Positions 12,201 to 25,051 of a stretch of 64,000 nt of DNA are shown piece by piece. Origin of the DNA: Octopus vulgaris (Eukaryota); the NCBI GenBank assembly GCA_951406725.2, contig OX597835.1:992001-1056000 (forward strand), read 5' to 3'. Within the stretch, counting starts at the first letter, position 1. Each line of letters opens with the position of its first letter. Below the pieces are notes generated by a model, which did no database searches, was not told the origin of the DNA, and saw only the letters and a list, made by a program, of their open reading frames with translations. The position numbers and the translations under genes were made by a program.

Positions 12201-15200
12201 TGTCTTCCCGATCCGGACAAGCTGAAGAATCTGTGCCGCACAGAGCGGTATTTAAATATGAGATAGACACCTACCTTCTCTTTGTTGACGTAGACTTCTC
12301 CAGCGGTAACGTGCCCTTCCACGTGGCCCGACCTGAACACTAGAAATAGCAGCTGCTTTTACCCTACCTTGACAAAGCGCTCACACGTCCAGCTCTGTTG
12401 GCTACCCTGATCGAAAAGGTCCAATCCTACCCTACCTGCGCGCGTGTCACTCCTGCCCCTTGCTCTTCAGGTCAGCTCCCCAGCTGCTGACGTCATCCCA
12501 CAGAGAGAAAACATGAAAGATATGTAGTAATACATATGTAGAAGATTCCTGAAGGTCTGGCTCCCAACTTTAGAACTGAAAGCCATACTACTCACTCAAC
12601 TGGACCTCACTGCATCGTACCAAAAGATCTTTCTCTCTTCTGTCAGAGGAAGAACCTAATACTGTAACAAGGTCCACAATTTTTCAGTATCATACCAAAA
12701 GGCCTCAGAAACCTGTGAGATGCAGATGCAGTCAAAGAACAGTTAAGTTTTTATCCGATATATTCCAGATGAACTCACATTACAGTGAAAAACATAAACA
12801 AGTGCAGCTCTGACCCACTTACTACTTCACCTGGATTGATTCTGGTGACAGGACTGGGAAGTGAGTCTAAAACAGACAGGTGTCACTGCAAACGGCCATA
12901 CGGCAGCACCTGGGCTGAAGCTGTTAATAGAATAAAAGATATTTTAAAACTGGCAACCCATCAGTTATGACAATAAGGATTCCAGTTGATCCGATCAACA
13001 GCCTGCTCATGAAATTAACATGCAAGTGGCTGAGCGCTCCACAGACACGTGTAACCTTGATGTAGTTCTCAGGGAGATTCAGTGTAACAGGGACAGCCCT
13101 TTGAAAAACAGGGACTGCTCATTTTTGCCAGCTGAGTTGACTGGAGCAGTGTGAAATAAAGTATCTTGCTCAAGGACACAGTGTGTCGCCAGGAATTGAA
13201 CGCATGACCTTATGATTGTGAGCCGAATACCCTAACCATTAAGCCATGCATCTTCACATATATGATATATATAAGTCTTCTACATACATATATATGATAT
13301 ATATACACCTTGGGCCGACCAAAGCCTTGTGAGTGGATTTGGCTGATGGAAACTGGATGAAGCTCGTATATATTTATATATATATATTAATTAGTAGCTA
13401 GCTTTGTCTGTGGCTTTTACTAGGGAATAGGGCAGCCAGAGTTCTTTGCTGTTTGCGGTGCACCTGTCCATCCCACCACCACCTATACCAGGAGTCTTTC
13501 TGCTCTGAGTCCACCAGATGTCTGTCTCCTGAGCACCTCTGATGGCTTACTATATGGCACACTTTCCCTCCTCCAACCCTACCTAGTGTCTGTCTCCTGC
13601 TGAACGTAGTGTTTATGTAGCGAATAAAATGATGGTGTAGTGTATGCAGGTTGAAGGCTATTTGTATGTTTGCAAGATCTGCCAAATACGAGCTTTCTTT
13701 TCAGATGCAAAATGCTGCTGTCCCCGACCCCAGGGTCTCCCTGGCCCACACCTTCCCCACCCTCACAGTTGGCACATTGAAATGTAGATCTGGTGAGATT
13801 GTTGAGATGCTTGAACATAGACGTGTAGAATTGTGCTGCATCTAAGAAGTAAGGCTGAAAGGAAGTTCTGCTAGGTTCCTCACAGGCAAAGAACATAGGT
13901 ACAAGATTTTCTGCGTAGGGAACACTGATGGGGTTGGGGGCATGGGTATACTCCTAGTGAAGAAATGGGTTTATAAGGTAATCGAGATAGTCAGAATCTG
14001 TGATAGAATACTTACGCTTAGACTGGTGCTGCAACATGGATTAGCAACCATAATCTCAGCCTACACCCCTCAGCCAGGGCTACCTGATGAATAGCAAGAC
14101 CAGTTTTATGACACCCTCTTTGTGGCTGGCGACTTCAACAGTCATGTTTGACTTGAAGTGAGCTTCCATGGTGTACGTGGTGGCAACTGATTTGGTTCCC
14201 ACTATGAGGAGGGAACCAGGCTGCTGGAGTCCTGTGGTGAAAATGATCTTATGATCTTTAATACTAACTTCAGGAAACCTACCAGTCTGGTGGACACCCT
14301 AGTCAGATTGACTATGTTCTCACCAGGAAACGGGAAAGATGGCTACTTATAAAAGCCAAAACTTTCCCAGGTGATGAATGCACCCCACAACATAGGTTAG
14401 GAGTCAGTGACATCAGGATCAGTGTTAAATGGCTGCCCAGAAGACGACCAGCATGGAAAAGAAGGATCTGGAAGCTTATGGATCCTCTGAAATTTAGAGA
14501 TATATTACTTGGAGCTTTTGATGAAAAAGAGGAGGATATAGCACCACATAATGACTACTGTTGTTTTAATTCGTTATAAAAGCAGAAACCTCTAAAATGA
14601 TTATTCATATCAAATCAGATGGATGCTTGGTTTTATGCTGCATATCACCAGTCATTTCTTCAATCAAGATTAGTGAAAATCTTATGCTGTTAGCCGAAAT
14701 TTATGTCATTTGAAAATGCAATTAACCAAATTATGCAATTATACAGAAAAGCACTTTAATGAATTGATTGTATCATCAACAGAGTGAACAAATATATAGA
14801 ACCAGCTGTCTCAACATCCCAGCAGGCATTTAAATTTGTGAACTGTGTGTGTGTGTGTGTGTAACTGAGAAGCAAGAATCAAGATAATTGCAGTGTAGAA
14901 GGTGTTTATAAGCCATTTAAGATTCACTTCAACATTTAAATTTAATTTGTCAAAATATTTTCGTCGCTTTGAGACCGCAACCTGTTCACTGACAGAATTC
15001 TGTGCTGCATCACGGAATCTGCACCTATGCAGAATTTTGTCAGTGAACCTGTCACAGTCTCAAAGCAACGAAAATTTTTAGACAAATTAAATCTAAATGT
15101 TGAAGTGAATCTTAAATGGCTTATAAACACCTTCCGTGCTGCAATTGTTTTTGTTCCAGCACACGATCTCAGATCAGGTCACTTGCTATGCAAGGGCATC

Positions 15201-18200
15201 TCCGTAATAAAAATCAAGACATTAGACTCAAAAACTGTCGCTAGTATTCCTACATTATCCTCCTCTATTGAAAGTTCTTTCTATGTCAGCAAGACATTCT
15301 ACATGTGTCAATATTTTATAAAAAAAACAATGGAGAAACTGTTTTTTGTTTCTCAATAAAATTCACATCGTTTTTCTGTTTCAATCTTCTTGATTCTGTT
15401 TCTTCCATCAGCAATGTGTAAAACCTTTGAATATTGAGAAAAAGACTGGCAAAGTTGGTAAGATCAAGATTGAAGATGATGGAAGCTACTACGAAGTTAG
15501 CACGGTAAGTCGATTCAGGCGGTCGATTCAGATTCTACCTTTTTTTGCAAATTCTTTCTTTCTCATATTCTAGAGTAGGAAGAATTGATTATGATACATA
15601 AGAATATATTCGAAATAAATACATTATAATCTCTCTCTGACCATCTTTCCCTCCTTAAACTGCTCTGTTTTCTGAGTTATGGCAACCTTGCCGGTATAGA
15701 AGGTTCTGAAAAGTTTGAGAGTCCATCTTGTCAGATGGGTTATACCTGTAAATCAAAGTTGTATCTGCGTGAAAATCATTTTTCAATGGTTTAAATGTTT
15801 GCATATCTATGTGTGCACGTATTTATCTATAAGTCTGTCAGTCTGTTTCGTCATCATCCTTGTTTAACATCCACTTTTCCATGCTTGGAGTTGGATGGAA
15901 GGAAACAGTAATGCACACACACAAGTACACACATGCACACACACACATGCACACACACACATGCACACACACACATGCACACACACACATGCACACACAC
16001 ACATGCACACACACACAACACACACACATGCACACACACACATGCACACACACACATGCACACACACACACACATGCACACACACACATGCACACACACA
16101 CATGCACACACACACATGCACACACACACATGCACACACACACAAACACACACGCACACATACAGGGTGAGATGGGTAAATTGTCGGCATTTTATACTTT
16201 CAATTTTGCACATGCACTTTGTCTGTTCTGGTTTTGTCAATTATACCACAGGGTCAGTTGGGCACCGTCTGTGAGAAAAACAGCACCCTGATGCAATTCA
16301 CTCGACCAGAAATTTGGAAACGACATGCTATGCTGCTTAGCATTCATGCTGGAAACTTCATTATGAACATTTCAGAGTGTTTGGGTGTCAATCTGAGGAC
16401 ATATGCCCTGGGTCAAGAGGGTGGCTGCTGAAAGACCCTATGTCTGGCAAAAGGACTCTGCACCATGCCACACAAGCAGGAGAACCCAGTCATGGCTGTC
16501 AGGCAATTTCTGTAACCACATCACCCCTAACATCTTGCCACCTAACTCCCCAGACTGCAACTGCCTTGATTATTGTAGCACCAAAGATGAACTGAAGGCA
16601 AATATTATGGCAGCATTCACCACCTTAAACAAGGAGACCACCCTGAAGAGTTGCAGGAGATTCCAAAGTCATCTGGAGGCCATAGTTGAAGCGAATAACA
16701 ATTTTATTGAATAGATTTACTCTTTAGTATTTCAAGATTTTTTTATGAAATTTTGGTAAATACATCTGTTAAAATGAGATGTTATTTTAATTTTTGCATA
16801 ATTTAGATGACAGCTTATTCACTGTACCCTGTATATATATATATGTATATATATATATGTTATTGCTGAGACCCCCTTCGGTCATGACTGACCATGGGAT
16901 TGCACCTTCAAATTTATCCTCCCAAGCACAAGTCTGGGCAAGGTTGTTTATCAATAAGTAACAAGAACAAACATTTGAAAAAATTGCTTGTAACTAGCAC
17001 CTGTGGCAGTGTCACGTAAGTAGCACCTGTGCTGTGGCACATAAGTAGCGCCTGTGCTGTGGCACGTAAAAAGCACCTTTCGAGTTTTGGGCCTCCCGGA
17101 GGCAATGTGGCCGATGCCAGTGTCGCATAACTAGCACCTGTGCTGGTGGTATGTAAAAATCACCTTTTGAGTGTTGGGCCTCAATGACCGAGACCTTTGG
17201 CAACAAGACCCATCAAGCCAAGTGAAATCATAGTTGCAGCAGATACTGGTGTTACACAACTGGCATGTAAAAGCACCCACTACACTCTTGGAGTGGTTGG
17301 CATTAGGAAGGGCATCCAGCTGTAGAAACTCTGCCAGATCAAACAGGAGTCTGGTGCAGCCGCTCAGATTATCAGCTCTGGTCAAAACTGTCCAATCCGT
17401 GTCAGCAGGGATAACAGAGATTAAATGATGATCCTTATGGTGATATATGGTCTGCAGCAGCTTTGAATTCAAAGGTCCAGCCTTGTTACACACTGAGACT
17501 GCCTGATTATAACATTAACAGAAAGAGTGTCTGTGGAATACCTTGCCACAAAATTTAATGAAATACAGCAAGGCACGTTTGAGTATTTTCTAGTTGAACT
17601 TGTGTTCTAGCAGTTTACAATATATTGATCAGACAAGTGTTTTACACATTGTCAATGCAAAATCCATTAAACTTGCTATTTTACATCTTTCTTTGCTGTT
17701 TTGGCTCCTGTTCCCCTATTTTCATCTCCTCAACCTGTCAATATGTATTATTTATATTATTATTATTTGTTCAGTCAGGTGAAGCTAATAAATTGAAGAA
17801 AGCAAAAATCACATTGAATGATTGCCTTGCCTGCAGTGGATGTATCACCTCAGCAGAAAGTGTACTCATCTCACAGCAAAGTTCTGAGGAATTATACAAA
17901 GTCTTGGAGCAGAATTCTGCCATTCAAAAGGTAGACAAAAATTCTTATTTATTCACTTTATTCAGTTGTTTTTTTTTGTTTTCAGTTTTTACTTAATTTG
18001 TATTTTTAAAAAAATTAAAGTTTATTTTTATTTTCCGTCTTGCAACCTTTTCAATAGTCTTGACTATTGAAAAGGTTGCAAGATGCAACGAAAATTTTAG
18101 GAAAATAAAAATAAGAAATAAGTGGAAATTTTACCAGTGAGTGTGTTACATAATAAGGCACAAAAAGAAAATGACTCTCCCCAGACACAACAGTATATAA

Positions 18201-21200
18201 TAACAGATATGCCTAATGTTAATAATAAGGGGGGAAAATGAATAAGTATTAGTCCAAGCAGTGACAGAGAGAGAGAGAGAGAGTCGGCCTCCATTGTTGA
18301 TGAAAAGAAAATTGTATGTCATTGCTGGGGCAATGTGGACGAGTAAGCAAGTTTCCAATGTTGAAGAGAGAAAGAAAACATAACAATACATCTAATGATC
18401 TGAAAGTTGATTATTATCATTGTTATTAAGCTAGTACTTACTAATTTAATTAACAGGAATTAATATCTTACAGTTTGGTAACAAATCTCCACAAATCTCA
18501 AGAATTTTCCTTAAGATTCTTGCAGAATATAGGATAGTACTTATCTGCAGGTGGACAATACAAATTTCAATTCCAATCTCTTTCAGTCTTTTTGGTAGCT
18601 TTTTGGGGTGTTCTGTCAAGTTTACCAATTACTAAAGGAATACTTGTTGTCTTAGTTTTCCAGTCTCCCCAGCTCTTTGGCTAGACCCTGATATTTCTCC
18701 ACTTTTTCAATTTATTTGATATTGACTTGGGGTTGATAAAATAAGTGCTTGTTGCACACTGGAATCAAGATAGGCAACTAAATCCCTCACCTGAAATTGT
18801 TGGCCTTGGGCTAAATTTTGAAATTATTATTATTATTATTATTATCGAATAAGAGAGCAGTGCATGCCATCAAAATGACACTGGGGTAAACTATACAAAG
18901 CCCAGTATACCCATCATGACTACCTGGCTGATAAGGGTACACCAGGCACATGCATCACAACACATGTGCGCGACATGGTGATCTCATAACAAGATAAACA
19001 GCGCATGACCTTGTAGGTGGGGCCTAGTTAGAATTTTCTTCAGGTCAAGTAGCCCATCCCACTCAAAAGGCCCCTGAAATAAGAGTTGTTTAAGGGTGTT
19101 GAATGAAACACCCATGTTTCCAAAGGTGAATTATTCAAACCCCAAAGAATCCCTCTCAACACCTGGCTATGATGCTCCCCCACTACTTCTGCTCGTGATC
19201 AGAGATGCACATATCGTAAGCCACCAAGGGACATGCTCAACTGGTTATGGTCAAACAACTGACAAGCAAATCTGTGGTATTGAGCAGAATATTTGCTGTA
19301 GCCCATCTTTTATACCAAGACAAAACAATGTACATGATGACACTTCCAATCAGTTAAGATCAGAAGCCATGAGAGCCACTGCCTGGTACTGCATCAGGGC
19401 ATTTATTATTATTATTATTATTTCACAGGAGTGGCTGTGTGGTAAGTGGATTTGGTAGATGGAAACTGAAAGAAGCCTGTCTGTGTTTGTCCCCCCACCA
19501 TTAACTGACAACCAGTGTTGGTGTGTTTACATCCGTAACTTAGTGGTTCAGCAAAAGAGACGATAGAATAAGTACTAGGCTTACGAAGAATAAGTCTTAG
19601 GGTTGATTTGTTCAACTAAAGGTGGTGCTCCAGCATGGCTGCAGTCAAATGACTTAAACAAAAGAATACACAACAGATTGAACTGGTGGAAAGGAGAAAC
19701 TCCTATCACTGGGCTACAAGTAACCTTAATAACCCACAACCTTCCTAAGTATCCTAATAACACTGTTTTCTGGAGCTGCACTAAACTAGATTTTATGACT
19801 ATTTTCTCTGTCCATCTGTTGTTCAAATCTTTAGGGATAGTTCCTAATGTACCTAGAACTACTGGGGTCCATTCTCTGGCACTTTTTATTTTCTTTGTCT
19901 ACTACTACTACTAAACCAGGCTTTCTAAACAATAACTGCAGTTAGCGCAATGTAAACTTTGAACTCATGACTCTCAGGGTTTGGTAAGGAATCCCGAACC
20001 CTAGCCTACTTAGCCAATTTGTCTCTCCAATCTGGGAATAACGTATGTTTCATAGATTCTTCCTTCCAACACTCTCAGAGACACTGCAAAACTAAGCAAT
20101 TGAAGAAGAAAAAAGCTAAATTCTAACATTTTAGTCTAACCAGTATCATTCCAGATCTTTCTTCAGATTCTAGAACTTTCTACAAAGTTAGACTGAGATC
20201 CTCTTGTGTTACATATCAGTCCCTCAACCTTCTCCGTTTCCTTCTATCAGCTGTTTCTCACAAAAGGTCCAGTTTCTCTAGATTTTCTCTAAATGTTCTT
20301 TGCCAAGTTTATGTGGTTCTCTTTCTTCTCTTCCCGTTTCGTGGTAGACAGATTGATGTTTCCATATGTTTTTTGTTCGACATATGCAATAAAATGTCTT
20401 GTGAAGTGAGTCAGCACTGCTTGATGATGTTTGCTAAAAGTTAAGAATCTGCTCTTTCTAGAAATCTTTCATTGATGAGTTTTCTGTCTCTGTATGTGAT
20501 CTTTTCCAGACATCTTTGATGGAGTCTGCTCAGGTTCTGTGATATTGTGATCGTAACTTTTCAAGACTCACCAACATAAATGGTTGTGGGAATGCCAATG
20601 GTTTTTTAGAGTTTGGGTTTATTTGCAGTAGGTAATTATGCCTCCCCCACCACTGTTTTTTTTTTTTTAAACATCACTGATGTTTTCCCAAGTCAGCAAT
20701 GGATGTCACCTTTGGCAACTTTCTACTCTAAAAGAATTTTTAAAAAGTTAATTATCTTTTATTTTTCTCACTTATACTGCTCACCGTGCAAATGCAACTT
20801 GGTTGCTGAAAACTTTGGCACTCAAGAAGTAAAAGGGAAAAAAATTGTAACAGTTTTTGTGCATTTTTTGATGGTTAAAATGACTCTTCCGTGACATAAT
20901 TGCTTCATTTTCAACAGATGGGTTCAGATGAAATTGTTTGTCAGACAACTCAAAAAATTTTTCTTTATTTCTTATAATTATTTTTATTGTTATTGTTTTT
21001 AAGTAAATCCTTTTTTAAAATATTTGTTATAATTGATATATTTAATCTAATCATCTTTTTTTCCATTTATTGTAATTGTTCTTGTTTCTCTTTTTGTTGT
21101 TGTTGTAATTAAATGTTTCCATTGTTTATTTTGAATTTTTAGGGAGAACAATCTGCTAACGAGAAACTCGTTATCGTCTCAATATCACCACAATCTCGAG

Positions 21201-24200
21201 CTTCATTGGCAGCAAACTATAAACTTTCTTTGGAAGACACCGCTAAGAAATTAACAGCCTTTTTCAAAGGTTTAGGTAAGGAATTCTGTTGTTGTATCAT
21301 AACATTGATTTCAAACATTTGGCATAAAAACCAAACATATTGTAGAGATAAGGATACAGTTAATTAAAATGATCACTTTATCATCATCGTTTAACGTCCG
21401 CTTTCCATGCTAGCATGGGTTGGACGATTTGACTGAGGACTGGCGAACCAGATGGCTGCACCAGGCTCCAATTTTGATCTGGCAGTTTCTACAGCTGGAT
21501 CCCCTTCCTAATGCCAACCACTCTGAGAGTGTAGTGGGTGCTTTTACGTGCCACCGGCACGGGGGCCAGTCTGGTGGTACTGGCAACAGCCATGCTTGAA
21601 ATGGTGTTTTTTATGTACCGCCTGCACAGGAGTCAGTCCAGCGGAACTGGCCATGACTTCACTCGAATGTTTTGTTCAGGTGCCAGTGAGGCGACGCAGG
21701 TAACAATCACACTCAAATAGTGCTCTTTATGTGCCACTGGCACAGAAGCTAGACAGCTGCTCTGGTAGTGATCCCGCTCAGATGGAGCTGTTAGTGCGCC
21801 ACTGGCATGGGTGCCAGTCATCGAATTTGGTTCAATTTCAATTTATCTCCTCAGTAATTGAGAGCTATTAATTTTATCACTTTCAGGAAAGGTGAAATGC
21901 AAAGAAAAACCCTTAGCAAGATATGCATTCCCATCATAAAACATAAAAGAATGAAACTAAATACCACAAGGTGGAGGCATAATTGTGTGGTTAGTAGGAA
22001 GTTCCTTTTGAAATTACATGATTCCAGATTCAAATCATTCTATGCAGTACTTGGGTAAGTGTCTGCTTTGACCTAAGGTCAACCAATGGTTTGTGTTTGA
22101 AATTTGGTCAACAGAAACTCTGTAGAAGCCCATTGCAGGAATTGCTCCTGTTCTTAGGTGGTAGATTTAATCTTTTGCTCCACACCACCGTCTGATTCTC
22201 AAGTGTCTTTAGCAGAGGTCATTTTGTTACCAGCATTGAAGCCAGATCTCTCATCTGAGTATAACTTCCTCATGCAAGTCATGGCTTGGAATGGACTGTA
22301 GATGCTTACCCCTCATCTCACTAAACCATTGAATATTTTTTTAAATAAAAAATCTGTTTCTCGATAGTTTATATCAATCTCTCTGTCTGTGTAACCAAAA
22401 GGGAAAAACCCTCCTCTGCCATCCTCCTTAAAATGAAAGTTTAAGACATATGGAGAGGGTAGAAGGAGGAGGGAGAAAAAGAAAAAAGTATTCATAGGCA
22501 GACAATTTTTTTTTAACAAGGAACTGACACATGGTGCTCAACCTGCTGAAAATAACAGCCAAAAGTCAATCACACCCTCTCATCCTAAATAAATGCCATA
22601 TTGAGCAATAATGTTCCTAATGCACAAATGACGAGATTCTTATAAATTTTATGCATTTTGTTGTTGTTTTGTTCAATTCCAACTGATTTGGGAACAAATC
22701 ACCAAAGGTTATTTTTAGCCAAAGGAGTAAAGCTTCTGGATGGGCATCAAATTCCTAGATATCTCTCAAATAATAACCAGAGATCCTCCTTCAGCACTTG
22801 ATACACTGATGTCTCGCTTAATTTTGCTGTGGCAGCCAGTTTTCTGACAGAATGACGAGGATTTTGCTGTAAAGCCGAGAGATTTGCACACTTCTTTTTT
22901 GGTCACATCCAAATCGATCAGCAGTGGAACCAGTCTCTTGAAATTTCTTGACAATTTTCCAGACTGGTGTTCGGTTAATTTAAAGCTTTTTTGCTAAAGC
23001 TGTATTACTTTCACGTCCTTCATTTGGGATATAAAATAATAAAAGTTGGTTATAATATTTTTAATTTATAGTTAAGAGAGAAAAGTTATTTCATATTGTA
23101 TACTAAAATAGTAGTTTAGAATATATTTTAGAAGTTGTTATTGTTGTTGTTATTATTATTATTATTATTTCAATGGACTAACAAATTGATTCTATTATTC
23201 AGAAAAAAAAGTATTAGATATATAAAAAAAATGATAACGTACTAACTTCTCTGAGGAATTTAAATATTATTGCTAAGAAAAATTAAAGGTATGAGGTATT
23301 ATTAAAGAAATAATTGTAAATAATAATGAGTTATCTCCTTTTGTTCATGTGGTTAAATTAACAGATGAACTAATATTCACATGAAAAAATGCGAGCAAGA
23401 GAAATAATATTCTTAAGATTATAAACATGGAAAAGTACAGGAAGAGTTATTACATCTGGTAAAGTACAGATTTTGCTGGGCAAATCAGTCTTACTTTTTG
23501 GTCAGTACAGAAATTAGGTTTATGATCCTTAAGGGATATTCTAGGTCTCGAAGGGATAAAAGGTTCGGTCAAATCATCAATATTATATTCTGTCATTATT
23601 TTGTTACACTCAAGGTTAATATTTTTAAGTATATTCTTATTTACTATTTCATATTTTTTTGTGATTTCCTTCTGTCAGAAAACTGGCTGCCACAGCAAAA
23701 ATAAGCCAGACATTGATGTGTCGAGTGCTGAAGGAGGATCTCAGGACCCACCCCTACAAGATGATCTGCCGTCATCGGCTCACACAAGTTTATAAGGCCA
23801 TGAGACTGGAGAGAAGTTGTCTTCTCCTGCGTCAGATTGCTGAAGGTATGATGCTCAACCTGGTGTTCACTGATGAAAAGAAATTTGACATTGAACAGAC
23901 AGTAAACCACCGGAATGACTGACTTTGGATGTACCTGGCTCTGTTGAGGGTAGTCTCATAAATTGACATTAAATTCCACAGTCATGGTTTGGGTGGCTGT
24001 GACAACCATTGGAAGGTCACCCCTCATTTTTGTACCCTTGGGTATTAAAATTAACACCCATCTGTGAAGGTTGACCTTACCCGCTGTCATCATCATCATT
24101 GTCCTTGTTGTTTTCACCAACGCCAACACCTCTATTTATTACAGAATCATCACCATCGTTATCACCAATAAACTCAAAGCTTTTTCCTGATGAGTTTCTT

Positions 24201-24973
24201 CGGTTTTGACTGTCATCAACATTTCTGTATTTAAAATGGTGATATCCTATCCTGTTTATTCCAGGTGTTGCTTACATCCTTGACACAACATTTTCAAGAA
24301 ATTTCAGTTTAATTGAGAGTGCTCAAGAATTCCTTCATCGCTACAAGACTGCCAACATCAAACAAAGTCCATTCCCCATGTTGACCTCAGCTTGTCCAGG
24401 TAAGAGTAGTTTGTGTGTGTTAGTTGTATGTACACACACAACACACATGTACTTTTTAAAGGTAAACTTTGACGAAGCCAAAAACTTATATTTACAAGAA
24501 AAAGGCAATGAAACCAAAACTTCAAAGAATCTGTCAAACTTTTCATTTGAAAAATAACACATTTCTACCAAGTTAAGCAACCACACAGGTGCGTACCCAG
24601 GTGTGTACCCAGGTGTGTACTTTTGATTTGTATGACACCTATTTCAGTCTGTCTGTTTTACTCTTACACTTTTTTGAAATTATGTTCTTAAAAGTTTTTT
24701 TCTTCTCTCTTGTTCTTCATTTCCATTTCTTCTCAGAATTAGGATTAACTTTTCAATTAACTTGAATGTTTATTCTAAGGCTGTGTGTAAAGTTAAAGGC
24801 GCAGGAGTGGCTGTGTGTTAAGTAGCTTGTTTACCAACCACATGGTTCTTGGTTCATTCCCACTGTGTGGCACCTTGGGCAAAGTGTCTTCTACTATAGC
24901 CTCAGGCCGACCAAAGCCTTGTGAGTGGATTTGATGGACGGAAACTTAAAGAAGTCCGTCGTATATATGTATG

Positions 24974-25051
<78 letters not shown>

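Noticed and set aside
15838-16291. His/Thr- and Cys/Val-rich ORFs on both strands
   Set aside because: Products of the (CA)n-TG microsatellite.
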